Assembly: GCA_037379345.1 (NCBI GenBank)
Contig: CM074519.1
Location: forward strand, 22,532,103 to 22,596,102
Length of the DNA: 64,000 nt
Direction of reading: 5' to 3'
Source of the DNA: Perna viridis
Taxonomy: Eukaryota
Below are positions 40,601 through 55,600 of this stretch, piece by piece. The position numbers and the translations under genes were made by a program. The notes beneath the pieces are model-generated. The model ran no database searches and had not been told where the DNA came from. It saw only the letters and a list, made by a program, of their open reading frames with translations. Each line of letters starts with the position of its first letter. The stretch's first letter is position 1.

Positions 40601-43600
40601 GATACCAGTCCAGGAAATTTGCGTTCTCGTACCCATTTTCGTCATCAATACAATGTCATCAACTGAAATTAAATTAGAGATATTTAGAACTTCAAAAATA
40701 GGTAGAAACGCATTTTCAGTCACAACAAATTTGAAAACAGAAAACAAGATAAACAATAGATACTGTCTATGAAGGTTGCTTAGAAATATGCCTTTGTTGG
40801 TGCATGTGGGTTAACATTCATTTTGTCATGGTAATATACTTTTTTTCAAACTAAGATTTTATCATAATAATCGAATGTTGCTTACCTCCTTTGGACGTCC
40901 CAAGTGACACGATGTATTCCAGGATGCCACTTTCATAGTCAGAGAATACACCATCCCAGCAGCCATGCATAGTAGTTAGAAATGGTATGTAATCAACATC
41001 TTGACCGCATGATTCAGAAGAATCGGTAATAGGATGTCGTTTGTGGATAACAGGTGGCGTATGATCCACTATAATTGGCTGGGATACCGCTATATCGAAC
41101 ATTTCCTGTGATATCCATGCTCGGATATATGCTACGTATTGCGAGCCGTGACTTAGTTCACCATACTGCAGACAATAAAAAGCATGTTTTCGTTTACCGA
41201 CATCGTGCCAAGGATCTTCAATACTCAGATTGTATACTCCTTCTCCGACACCGGAGTCATGTCTTCCAAAGCTATATTCGAATCTATGGATGGAATCCGA
41301 TTTGTGTTGGTATGTCCAATTACTGTAAAGGCACAAGGATGAACCTGTGACTTTCTTATCTGTATCATCCGATCGTAATGATATATCTAAATGCAACGTG
41401 CTTGGTTTGAAGGAACTTCTGTTACAGTCGTCCTTTTCTTTAGAAACACATTTTTTTTCCGGCAACACCACATGTGCAATGACACAAAGTGCAATCGACA
41501 TTACAAAATTCCATATTGCATGAGTGTTTTTGTATTATTAGCTCCCCTTTAGATTTATCGTATGCCAAAGGAACCACGTTTACAGTTACCTTTGACTCTT
41601 GTGATTCTAAACCTGCACCATTCAGTGACCAGACCGTTAGTACTATTTTGTCCGGGAGATCCCGTTTATTCGTTGGTATTTCTGCTTTATATGTGTTATT
41701 TAGCCCATTGGGTAAAGCAAGAAAGTTTTCTACAATATCTACGCTGCTGTAAGTATTTCCTATTGAAATATGGTAGGAACTAATGCCAGACTGAGCATCG
41801 AAAAACCCGTACCAAGACAGATAAAGGGTGATACTTCCATTTATACGTTTGTACTTTAATGGAGGTTTGAAACCTCCCATTTGTGGGGGTGACCAGTCTA
41901 CTATGAATTTGTCACTGTACGATGTAATACATAAATCGGCAGCATTACAGGCGGTAACCTTTACCGTGTAAACATCTCCTAATCGTAACGAATCGTTTCT
42001 TGTGAGACGAATTGTGTGTTCACTTGCCCCTAATATAATGACATCATCGACTGGAACATATGAGTCAAGGTTGCTGGATATTGAAATCTTGGTTCTTACT
42101 ATCGGACTTTCCTTGTCAACGAACTTCCACATTATTTTCATATATGATGGGTCAGAAATCAAAGTCTTGTTTTTGTAATTCTCCATATGTAGGTTATAGA
42201 TAAATGGCTTCGTAAGCTCATTTGGAGGAGTGTTGTCTATGATAAAACCGTTTGAACTCCTTTTCGAACACAAATTTACTTTATTACACGCATTGACGGT
42301 AACAAAATGATTTACTCCGACTGTCATATTCAAGTTTGATTTCAATAAAGATGACGCCAATTGTACGTTTTCGGGTTTCATTACGTCACATGACAATTTT
42401 GATGTCCCAATACAAACGTCAAAATGATCAAGGTCAGAGTGTGGATCTTGGAATCCTACCCAGGTCGTAAGGACACTTTTTCTATAAGGAAAGAATCATT
42501 GCCATGTATATATCAGACAAAAAGTGTATTTAATCAATGATGACATCCGTCATAACTAAACGATTGACGTTTGTCTGAAAACTTTTGAAATGAGTAATCA
42601 TATATTTTTTTTTCAATTTATCTTGGTGCTTTTGATTGATAGTAATTTGTATGTATCGAAAATAAGTGATTAAATTCACAACTCTGTCAAATATATATTT
42701 TGAAGGAAAATCGTAGTAATATTGAGGTAGAAAAAATAATTTACATGTAACTCTACATTCGATATAGTTTGAGTTTAAACGCTGTGTGGTTAGTGACAAA
42801 ACGTAAAGTGACAATGTTTGAGTTTTCATTCAATAGCAATTTGTCTGCTCGATCGTCTCAAATGATAAGAAACCTATCCGACTGATATCTTGAATGCTTT
42901 CCTGGAACTCCTACAAAAACCAGGCCAGGTATTGGTGGTGACGTATCCATGACGAAATCGTTGGATGTTGCTGTACTACAAAGTCCTGCGCCGTTACAAG
43001 CAATCACTGACGAATAATATCTGACACCATAAATAAAAAACTGTTTCCATGTGATTGCTGAAAATGAGGACATGAAAAGAATTCCAATATAAATAATAAA
43101 TACATGTGTAAAAAGTGTATCACATTAAAGTAATCGATGTTTTACAGTTTATATGATTTGTATTTGGTATTTTTTTGTATTTAAGAAAAGACAAAACCCT
43201 TTTTGATAACCATTTCTCACAGTATACTTGCTACGTATAAAATGTTAAACTGTACCTACTACATTCTTCACTCCCGTAATGGAAAAAAAAACTTACATGT
43301 TTTCAGTCCGACATTAGTGAATGATACCACATCATCACTACCAGGTAATGTTCCTAAACCCACTTTATAAAATATCAACTTAGAATGGGGATCATCGAAG
43401 CCGTACCAACTAACACTTATCGATACTCTGTGTGTTTGATTGATGCTATCCTTCTAAAACAAATACAGGCCTCTATTTAATCAGCATTAGTAACGTTTAT
43501 TGTCATTTACATTTTAAAAAAAAGCATTTCCATATGTATTTATGTTTGCATGTATTTTATATCTACCTCATGACAAATACGCATTATAAATCAAAAACAA

Positions 43601-46600
43601 TATTCTGACAAAGTCTTGTGTTTCGTCAATGTTTAAAGGTGTCTTCTCAACTGTTATTCGTACCTCATATACAGGACTTGTTTCAAGTACATGCCCTACT
43701 GGCGGTGGTGAGCTATCGATAACAAGCGGCAAAGAAACAGTGTAAGAACGTAGGCCTGCTCCGTTTGTAGCCTGAAATAAGGAAAAAAATGAAACTTTTG
43801 ATTTTACTAGGACAGGGCACTTAAAAACTGTTATAAAGATTTTGTCAACAGTTAAAGATTCGTCATTTATACTTATAAGTTCAATACAGTTTGCGAATGT
43901 CACTACCTGCATTCTCGCTCGTGTCACTTTTTATCATTGTGTAAACTACATATTTATACGACATGCATTTATCGTTTAGAGAGTTAGAGGTAGAGTGAAA
44001 GAGAAAGAAGGAAAGGGGAAGGAAAACACCTTCAAAAAAAAAAAAAAAAAGAAAATCTAATACCCCCTACCATAACGTACGATGACTTAAAGAAATCATG
44101 GCTACAAGTGCATAACTATATTGGTGTCAATAATAATTTGACCCCTCCACTGTAAAGCAAAATTTTTGGGCTATATAAACTTAAGCTGCAATTTGATTCC
44201 GGAAAATGGGTTCAAAAACATTGAAAATGATTGAGGGGAAGTTATAAAAATGCCAGCGTCATACATATTTTCAGTTTGTTCATGGGTCGGCTTTTTGCAA
44301 GATTGATTAACTGTATCATTTCAACTGAATCGTGTACAACAAATGATAAAACATAACTATTGTATTATTAATCTTACAATGAGAATTGCATAATAAGTGA
44401 GTCCATCTTGAAAAGTGCCATCGCCATTGATATCTGCATGATCAACAAATTCTTGGAACGGAAGGACATCAGCTGAGTTGTTGTGTGACCCTATGCCTAG
44501 TTCTATCTTGCGAATCCCACTTTCATTGTCCTCGATACCAAACCATTGGAGAGAAATAGTCTGAGCAGCAACATATCCATATCGATGACCTTCAACTTTT
44601 ATTACACCAGAAGTTGGAGGTGAAGGATCATACATCACGTGGTTAGAATATGCATCAACAGTGTTGTTAACGTGGTTGAATGCTACAACAGAAATATTAT
44701 ATTGAGTAATCAGAAAATTGCTTTTTTTATATTTTAATTTCAGGTTTCTGTTTCACAATTATAGAAAATACAAAACAATACAATAGAACTTTTCATATGT
44801 CAAGCATATGCTGATTATATTTTCAGATTGTATTATCTACCAGAGTTTTAGTTCTTGTAACGAGTGAAATCAAACATTGTTCAACATTGTAACAAAATAA
44901 GAACGGACGGTAAAATGGACGGAAAGGATGATTCTTATTCGACTTTAATTTTGTTTGCAAGCTATTTTGATATCAAACAGTTGAAAAAGAAGAATTAAAC
45001 AAATCATCTGTCAACAGCTAGTCATATGACATGGTCTATGGTAGAGGTGATTCCTGGTTTCCTAGTGTAGAAAAGCCCTTTAGGTTAATTATGCTTTTCG
45101 GTCTACATATTCTATAGTTGCCTAACGATATTTTTTCTGTACTTGCGAGAACAACCAAATCAACAAAATCAAGAATGATAACTCTTGAAAAGTGCCAATA
45201 TCAAACACTATCTGAATGTTATGACTATTTATGTAGTCTGTAATTGTTTCCAAATGAGACATTAAAGTAAATCCCATGGGTTTTTGACATGCATGAATAA
45301 ACTTCCTGATTTTTCGAAAGACAGCTATCTAATTCTAATCTAGAATGTGCAAGATATTTTTCACTAGCAAACAAGAATAAAGTATTGGCACGACTATTAC
45401 CTGTTACAGTTGCATAATAAGCTTGTCCAGGATTCAGGTCAAGGTCTACAATAGTCACCGACTCTGACAGACCAGCTGATGTAAATGATAAAACATCGTC
45501 GAATCCTTTATTTGTACCTGATATGGGAATGTTAAATGTTAACAATAACTGCTTTATTTTTTTCCGATATGCTAATTTGTTACAATGTTTTTTTTTTCAA
45601 TTGATAATAACAATAAAAGTTTATCATTAGTATAGAACCTTTGGAAAATAGCTATAACTAGGACTTTATTGCATTACTTCTTTGCAAGTGATACGGCATT
45701 TTTAAACTAAGGTGGCATTTAAAAAAAAATAACAATACTATATAAAACAATATACACACTTATATATTCAATTACTCTCACTTCGCACAATGTCTTCGAC
45801 GGAATTCCAAATTTTAAGTCATATGTATAAAGTTAAATAAAATTTTACGGAAAAATTGTGTTTCTCGAAAGAAATATTTGTTTGAAGTTTAATAATTATG
45901 TGTTTAATTACGATCTAATAGTATAACTCAACTGCAAATATTTTAGTAGTTTGAAAAATATAAAAAAGCTTATCTAAACTATTTTGTTTGTTTTTAAGCA
46001 AACTCTCTTACCGATAGCATACTTGTATTCTGAAATATCAGAAATATATCCAAGTTTTATTGCGTCATTATTTCCTCTGAAACCAGTCCATTTAACAGTT
46101 AGCTGTGTTCCGTCTATCACGTAATTATCATATGCATCAATAAAAACTATTCCTGCTTTTGGATAACCTCCATTGATCAAAAAACCGTTGCTGCATATCT
46201 TGAAGTCTGAAGACACTGCACACGTATACAGTAGCCGAGTGTCCTTGATAAAAGGGTTTTTAAAGTCTAAAAATCCACCTGTTGTATTTGCTGAGAAAAG
46301 ACAAGAAGCATCCAGGGAGCACAACGTATTAGGGACCTTGCGCTTGGATGTAAGATACCATGTTATTTTCGTACGTGATCTTCCAATGACGAAACCGCCA
46401 ATCCTTACATTCAAATCAGCAAAATCCATTTCTAAATTATGAAGCATCTTAAGCTTTGATCCAATGTTAGAAGCATGCTGATATTTCAAAAGATCTCGGG
46501 AAACTGGATTATTGAGGTTCAAATCATATAGAACGTCTTTATTAAACAAATTAGGGTCACTGATAAAGTCAATTGGTGAGCAGATGTTAGGCTGCCAATC

Positions 46601-49600
46601 ATAAGAACAGAATGCATCAACACAAATGGAGCTGTGCTTATAAGGTAAAATTTCTGTAACAAGAAACACGGCATCCTGGAAAAATAGTTGCAAAAAAGAC
46701 TTCTTATTTATTCAAATATACTTTTAAGTTCCTTAAAAACATGATGCTGAACTGTATTTATTAAGAAAGTTTAAGATTTGAAATTGCAACCTTAAACGAA
46801 ATAATCAGGTGGAAAACTTTTCATTTTCTTGGAAGTAAAAATGTGGACTGAGACTATCATTCATTATCATATTACCTCTATCAAATGCTCATTTGATGAA
46901 TTATCTACAATATATTTCCACTGTGAAACCATTTTATGTCCTTCGGTGTCAGCAAAAAGTGCCCATCTGTACGCCTTTGATGTCTCATTACCACTGCACA
47001 TGTATTTTTCAATAGTTACGGCAACATTGAGATAAGTCCCGTTTACTGATGCTCTAGCTCTACACTTTATTGAAGGGATTTGAGTGGGCACAATTGAAAA
47101 TTCTTCAGAGGCTACAATTGACAGACAAACTTGTCCAAAACAAGGCCGTACAAGAGCTTTATATAAACCCGCTGAAAATTCCCCTGTAAAATTATACGAC
47201 GTTTTGTGTCCTGCATTCGAAAATATCAGACTATTGTTGCAGTTTCCTTCGTGCAGTTTACAAACAGCAACTTCATAGTGTGAAACGAGATTTGAATACT
47301 TCGCATTTAAAATCCAATGAATTGGTATATAGCTTTGAGACATTTGAGTTCTTTTGAAGGGGTTGCACTGGAATAAAGATGCATTTGTCAAATGTTCATG
47401 TGCATTTTCATACCAAGTAATATTGATTTTATTTACACTTTTTAAAGCCATAAATGTGACAATATAAGAATTAGAATACCAACGGGTAGATATGATAAGG
47501 ATGTGCTCGCTTTGTAAAGAAATGTTTGCGGACGAAACAATAGAGTATACTGTGCCAGCGACTAATGGTAGTTTTGAATTCAGTGCAATATTTGACCTTT
47601 CATGAAGAATTTCAAGTGATCCAGTTTTCAAATATTCTTTGCCATAAAACACCATCATCAGTGGCAAAACCTTTGATTTCTTTAATGGGAAAAACCCATC
47701 TGAAGAAGCATATGTTGTTCCTCCTGAACATGAAGCCTTAATCGTAACAAAATATCGTTGACCGCTGTCGTTGAAAGAATTATTCTCACATACAAAATTA
47801 TTCGTTTTTTTATAAGGTATATCATGAAAAGAAACAGTTTCATCATTTCTAGGAGATAACCCAAGACCTAGTTGAAGTTGAAGTTTCTCATGGTGATCAA
47901 AGCCAATCCATGAAACACAATACTGCTTTAAATCGAAGATAACGTCAATGTCATGGTAAGGTGGAATGCTATTAGGAAGAACATCCATAATTATACCAGC
48001 TCTTGGAGGAAACAAAGATGGAATACGGAACGGTTTTGTTGTTATATTACAAGAATGCCCAGCATAGTTGTAGAAATGGAGTACGGCATAGAATTCATAC
48101 CCATCCAATATGTCGTGTTTTTGTAGCCGTCGTAATGGGTACTGTATACATCGGACGTCTGAACCACATTTACCATCATGGTTGTCTTCATTCCATTCAA
48201 GGAAAGGTGTGATAAATCTGTTACCAATACCTGTGAACGATACATGTTAAAAATAGTTAGAACGGAAACACGTTAGCATTTTTAAAACAAAATATAGAAT
48301 TTCGAAAAAAAAAAGGAAAACCGTTCTGTAAAAACACAAACATGTATGTCTTATTGCGGGAAATTTTCTCGAGATTTCAACTTTATTCATATTCACGAGG
48401 TTTTGGGAATCGCGAGAATAAAAGTTCATCAATTTTAAGTCTAGATATTTTACATATAATTTTCCATTCAATCAAATTGCAAAAATAAAGACTGCGAAAT
48501 TCATAGAGCATCCGCTTAAAATTCCCGTTTTAGGTTATATGCTTTTCATGGGGCATTTTTCGCACCATTTCACAAGTTTGCGCCGAGACATGCGCTTCAT
48601 AAACATTAATGCCGTAAATATATTTTCTATGGACTACAAAAGAATGAAAAGATAGGTAATCGCAAACTGAAGACAAGAAGATAGAAGAATAGTGAAAAGA
48701 ATTTCGAACTTACCGAATCTAAACATAACTTTTCCTATTTCTTCAGTTTGTTCTGTATCAAAAACATCCTTTGTCATCCATTTCAACACCACATTCTTTC
48801 CTTTCACGACGGGTTGTATAGTTGTTAAGCACACTGGAGGAGTTTCATCCGCAAGTATTGGTCCCAACCAAACCTTTCTTTGTAGCCCAGCTCTATTGAT
48901 TACACGTATAAATATGTAGAAAATATTTTCACCAATAAGCCCCGGATGATGTTGAATATACCTTGTTGGATGATGCACCTCAACATAACCCTGAATGTCT
49001 GGACTCTCAATACTTCTTAGATCGTTACCGAACCCAACGTAGGTACCAGTTATCTGACTGTGGTCTTCAAGAATATCCCATCTGACGTCTAACACATCAG
49101 TTGGTACGTAGATCACGTGATTGTTGTATAGGGACATATGTTGGCAAATAAATTCTGAAATATTTAATCCGTTGCTGTAGGGTTTTGATTCAGATGGTAT
49201 GAATTTCGAAATGACGTCATCGGATTTGTCTTTACATTTCGATAAACAAGCAGAACCGTCCAAGGCAACTTTAGCTAAATTTTCGTTAATAAGCCATGCC
49301 TTACCATCAAGACAAGCAACAGATTCCTTGATCTTCGAATATTTAAGAGAAATATTCGATATGTTTGGCAGCGACTTGTCAAATATTACCCCGTCTGAAC
49401 ATACCACCTTTGAAGGACTCAATGCATGATTATATGCGATGACAGATACGAAGTATCGTCCCTTTCCATTTGGAAATCGTAGTTTCGTGGACGTGCGGAC
49501 TGTTTCATGAACGACAGTATCTTTTTTGAAACCCGGTATCCAATGCTCCAAATCTCTGAGGCATTTTCCACTTAAGCCTACTTTATACATTTTTATTCCA

Positions 49601-52600
49601 CTTTCATGATCTATGAAATCGTGCCAGTGAACTGTGATCTCATCATTACAAGTATAGTCAATGTCTTGAAAGCCATTAGGACCTTTAAGAACAACTCCAA
49701 CTTCTGGTGGAGAATCATCAACAAGAATGTCCATATGGTCATATGCACGGAGATAAGCGTTGTTCATTGCTTCAAGGGTAAAGAAATATCTTCTATTGTG
49801 TAGTCCAATGTGTTTGCTTTCGTTTTTCAGTTTCTTCAAATTTGCACTGAACAACATGCTGCTACAATTGCCAATAATGGGACAGTAGGTAGTCGAGGAA
49901 TTATCAGCATTGTCCTACGAAAAGCAAGAATTATATGAAATGTTTATTTCAAGGAAACAAATTAACCATTTACAACTACAACGAAGTTGATCTAAAACAA
50001 TTTAAACATGTGAAACTGTGTCTACAAGCATAACACAAAGTCGCAAAAACCGGCAAATGGATGCATTTCTATCAAATTTTAAGCCGTCATTGAAGTATGA
50101 AATCAAGTTTTACCCTAGAAATAAATCTTCGTTGAATTGAAGAATGTTGAGAATTTTGCCGATTTGGTAGCCTTTTTGTAAAAAAATGCATCTTTTTGCA
50201 AAAATCAGAAGTCGCCATTGAATTAAGAATACCGTGTTCAGACTAGGAATCTTTTTGTTATTGAAATCAAAGAATGTTGAAATGTTGCCGATATTGGCGG
50301 CCAATTGGAAATAAAAATGGCGGCTTTCTACAAAATCATATAACGCCTGTGATGTTACCAAGTCAAAAACAGCTATTTGTGTTATTTTCATACAATAAAA
50401 TAGTTCCAAAAAATTTATAGATTTTTTTTCATTTTTTTGGGTTTTGATTTGGCAGCCCTTTTGAAATCGGCAGCCATTTTGAAATTCAAGAAGCTGTTTG
50501 CAGACCCCAGGAGCATGCGTGATTTTTTAGCCAAGTTTGGTTTTAATCCAATAAGCTGTCTTGGAGAAATCGCCAGGACATCTTTATGTTCAGAAGAAGT
50601 ATAATTAATATTATAGCCAACCCCTAAAAATTGGTGCCTCAAAACCTAAAAATTCGGATGTGGCACACTAGTCTCAACCTAAAAACTATTATATACTGAC
50701 ATCGAAGCATTTTATGATTTTGAGAATTTGGTTTTGACATTCCATTTGTCATTTTCTCATGTTTATAAAATGTATAAAATCTAATAATTCAATGAGACGC
50801 AGAATACAACAAAGTTTCATTAAAACTGCCCACTGTATATTAAAAGTTATAGATGTTCAGAAAAAAAGCGGTTTTGATATCCATGAACATATTCCTGTTT
50901 TTCGTTGTCATTGCAACCGACAACAAATCGGTTTACTCATTTATGCATGATTTTATTGATACGAAATTTCAAGTTTCTAGCCACCGATATATTGCAATGT
51001 TCTAGATTATGAACTTTTTGCGTTTCCACAGAAATGGCAGCCATTATTTTCACCAAACATCTGATTCACCCTTTCTCAATAAAATCTACCTACACACCAA
51101 GTTTCAGTTCAACCCATTCAGTGATGCTATCTAAAAATTCCGGACAAAAATCATTTTTTTTTATTATTTATTATTATTTTGTTTATAATATTTTCTTATT
51201 ATAACTTAAACTTTTTATTCTATATAACTGATATTAACCTTTCAAGACGCACTGTTTTGGCACATTAAAATTTGAAAAGCGTACTAGTTGGTGTGGCAGC
51301 TTCTAAGAAGTACTCCGTTATCCGTCATTACACTAAGATTCTCTGTTTTTTTATGTTCTAATATTTCCTGACAGCTTAGAGTAAACAAGAATTTAATCTG
51401 AAGCCACCATTGTATTCCGTAAGTCATGTTTACCAAGATATCAATTTTCATTAAAATCGAACAATGTTGACATTTTGACGATTTTGGTGGCCATTTTGAA
51501 AAAAAAAAAAAAAAAACGGCGGCTTTCTTAATTATTATTACGCCTTTGATGTTAGCAAGTCAAGAACAGGGGTTTGAGTTATTTTCGTACATCTAATAAG
51601 TTCCACTAATTTCATAGATTTTTTTTTATTTTTCCTGAAGAAGAAGAAACGGAGCAGAAAAAATCAGTCGCAAAACTTCGTTTTGGCGACTTAATAATAA
51701 TACAGAGGAAACGGTGCAAAAACAATAATTTGGGTATGTTAAGGAGTTCTCTTGTACATCTGGTTGACGTCTGATCACGCACACAATACGTGACATTTTA
51801 AGTTGGGAGATTTTTTTTCCGGTAGTAACCAAAATCTTTGTAAATAACACATAAGAATATTTTTAGTGTTAAATGAAATCCTCAGTTCTTTTAATCTATG
51901 AAATTAACGATTGAATAAGCCCTCATCTTAATAAATAAAAACAACATAACAAAACTGGTGGCATTTACGTATCGATTTTGACGTCACAGAAAAGCTTGAA
52001 ACGTCAGAGCACCTGTAGTAAACAAATGAGACGTCATGTTTGCATTTACCGAGACATTACACTGCAATCATCGATGAATTCTGAAGTCATACATGTTACA
52101 AGTAAACAATCTCCAAGTTTGGTGAAGTTATACCTTAACTTATCTTTCTTTTGGTAAAAGACGGTTGTAACTATGTGAGGGCCGGTTGTGTCGGGGTTCA
52201 TTTATCACTGACCTACTAACATACATCGAGCAACTGTCATGATCATAGTTCCAAAAATCTTTATCTGCCGAAATGTGTATGAAATGATAAATAGATTACA
52301 AGCCGATCGCAAATTTGTTAATTGATACTAGTAAATGTCTGTTTATATAATCTTGTTTTCATCAACTTGTAAAGTACGTCTTTTACACAGACTATCTATA
52401 TAACCAGGGGTGCAAATATTGTTTTCCTTTCAATAATATTCAATGACATGTGAAAGTGGTCATGTAATTCATTTCAACCCGTGTGGCCATACGTGTGGCT
52501 TTTTAAGTGACTGACCAGTAATTTAATTGCATGACAAATATGGTGACTTGAATTTTACTGTCTTTACAGAGATATTTACCAACTCCAAGGTTCAAGCCCA

Positions 52601-55600
52601 TAGACAGCAGGACAACCTTATAATGCTTGATATTTCTATCATTTTTGTTACAGTGTGGAATCTCAAGTTAGAATATTACCTAATTTCAACCTTTTTTAGC
52701 TGAGATTGAAAAGAACTTTGACTTTTTATTTGTGCATATATATTCCCTGGAATTCAGGTGCAGGATTGATTTCAAGAGCTGTAGGTAAAGTTAACAGAAG
52801 GAAGCATTTACATGCCATAATTCATGTGTACATTATACATGTACGTTAAAATTGGATATATTAGTGAAATACAAGTAGTTATATGTGTTTAATGGAAAGT
52901 GCATATGAAACAAGTTTGGTGTCAAATTGTGTTCTAACTGCATTCTAATGACTGGATGAAGGTGTTAATGGAATCATATCCTATAGGACAGATACAGTGA
53001 TCAATCTGATTAACATAACTTTCTATAATTTTGCTAAAACCTCATATTGTTTTGTATATATAATTGTATTTAAAAATAATATTTTAAAAAGAACATAATT
53101 CATATCATATATAATTTGCAGGAAATTTTGTTTACAGTATATGTTCAAAATGTGTTTAGTCATAAAATCAGATCGTACTTTTCCTTTTTAATCTGAGCAA
53201 AAGTTGTAAACTCGGAAAATTTGCAGAAGTCATGCATGTGTTAAATATGAACATTAAAATAGACCTTGAAGCATGTTCATAGCCATATTATATAAGAGGA
53301 AATCATTGAACTATTGCATGAATATACATGTACATGTATAAACACTTAGCCTAGCATCTTTAAAAATAAGTATTTGTGTAGTTACGTACAGACATATTTA
53401 AACATGTATTCATTGAATGGTGATACTTTGGTACTATGGTGAAGTGTATCAATGTTTGTGTATGTGGGGGGTGGGGGCCATGTTCTACACATAAATGAAC
53501 TTGAAATAAATCTTTAGATGTATACAGTGATAAATATTTAAAAATGAGTAACCAAGATTAACGTATGTATATGTAGGTGTATAAGGATGTACTTCTCTCA
53601 TTTATGTCCATAGCAGAGTGAATGTCTCCTTCTTCTCATTTAGAGTGCAAATTCAATGTAGCACACGGGACACGGATAATAGCCTCGAATTTACAACTTT
53701 AAAACCAAAGTATGCCCGTTCGAGACTTCGTCCATTGCTACTTTTAAACCTCAGTTGTGTATTTTGTCACATGCAGTGACTAAAATTATTGCAAAACTGT
53801 AAGCCCTGTTTGTCACTGGAGCCTCCGCGTCATTTGTTAGTAGTGATATTTTTAGCAAATCGAATGGGTCTGTAAGACACTAATGATACCCCCGCACAGT
53901 AGATTTGCAAAATGAAGAACATGTTTATTTTGTATGAGGACATGGATTGCAGATTCAGAAATCCACCCAGACTTTTGATACTCATGATCTGTTGGTTCAG
54001 CTCAATCCTTCCAATCCCTCCAAGACTTGCAATGACAAACTATACCAGTACCGTAACTCGAAAACTTTGGGGATTAATTTGGGGATCAGAATTTGTGCAT
54101 ATCTACTAATTGTATTCTGGCCATAAGGTGTCATGAAATTCTATTCGGTAGTGTCAAACTAGTTGCGATGAAAAAAAGAGGACTGATGGACGGACTGATG
54201 GACATATAAAACATGTTATTACCTCCAATAACATATCCCAAACTTTGTTGCTCGGGATATATTTCTGACAAAAATTACAACTATCACTCAGTTCTGTAAT
54301 GTTTCACGAAAATCAAAATCCTTTAGCCCTGCACACCTTCATCGTGTGTAGAAATATCCTTTAAAATATTTAGATGTAGTTCAAAAAGTGCACGAGGAGA
54401 TAGCCGGACAAGCCATAATCATGTGTAATCCGGACGGACCGACGAACCAACGAACGGACGAACAGACGGACAGGGATAAATTAATATCAAGTCAAAACAA
54501 ATTTTGCATGATAGGAAATATTGCCAAGAAATTGTTTGATATGGAATATTTTCTAAGATAACATACAAAGGGGTGGGGAAAACCATGTTTTGTTCAACAG
54601 ATTATTGATTTTTCTGCAAATTATATTATAAATAACTACAACCTTAAATGAAAAATGTTTTTATATGTCAAAATATAAGAATCAAAGCGTAATCTGCTAC
54701 CGCAACTAAATCGATTATTCACACATATCCGCCACTTGTCAATGTGTCTGAGGTCATCGTTGCGCTTGTTTCAATGTCGCCGCTATATGAACAATTATAT
54801 GGTTTAGAAAATGCAAAAGTGCAGTGGGATGCGCTATGTCGATTTACTTGATTTACACTTCATTTCAAAGAGTATATTTTATTTCACCTTAAAACTGCTG
54901 CGGGAAGTTCTCTGTCGGTAGCGTTTTGTTTTAATATTCATTGAAATACAAGAAAACGCCAAAAAATATATCATCACAAGCAGTTATGAGCAATTTTTTA
55001 ACTTCCATGTAGATTTTTCACACTTCCCGCAGCACTTTTTTTTGAAAAAAATACATATTCATTGACCCACTACAGTGGAACTCCCCTAAACCGGCCCCTC
55101 TGAAAACCGGAATCCTCCGAAAACCGATCATTTAGTTTTGGTCCGGAATTTTTCCCCTATATAATTAAGTAAAAATTTCCTCCCTAAACCCTTCTGAATT
55201 CCGAACATCGGCTGCAAAATTCGGTCCCAAAACCCATTTCTTTGTAAAAATTAACCTCCGAAAACCGGTGAAAAGTTTGCCGACAAGTAAAATCAATGAG
55301 CCGTGTAACATGTTGTAAACATGTCAATCACGGTAAGATCAATAAATCAGTACTTCAAAAAGCTAACACCGATCTTGATTGGCATTAACAAGGAGTGACA
55401 CTCTTTTATTCATTAATTATCACAGATAATGAGGGCAATAACCATGATCCTATATGTAATTAACTTTTTAACAAATGTTAAATTTAAAAATTGTTTTGAT
55501 AACCACATTTTCAAACGATTCTGTAAAAACAGAAAATGAAAACTTCAAAATATGTTGTGCCGACCGCTTGTGTTCTATTAAAAACAGAAAATGAAAACTT

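Noticed and set aside
51950-52050. CRE-like TGACGTCA cluster as a promoter
   Set aside because: Lies inside the transposon-filled intron with no associated gene start.
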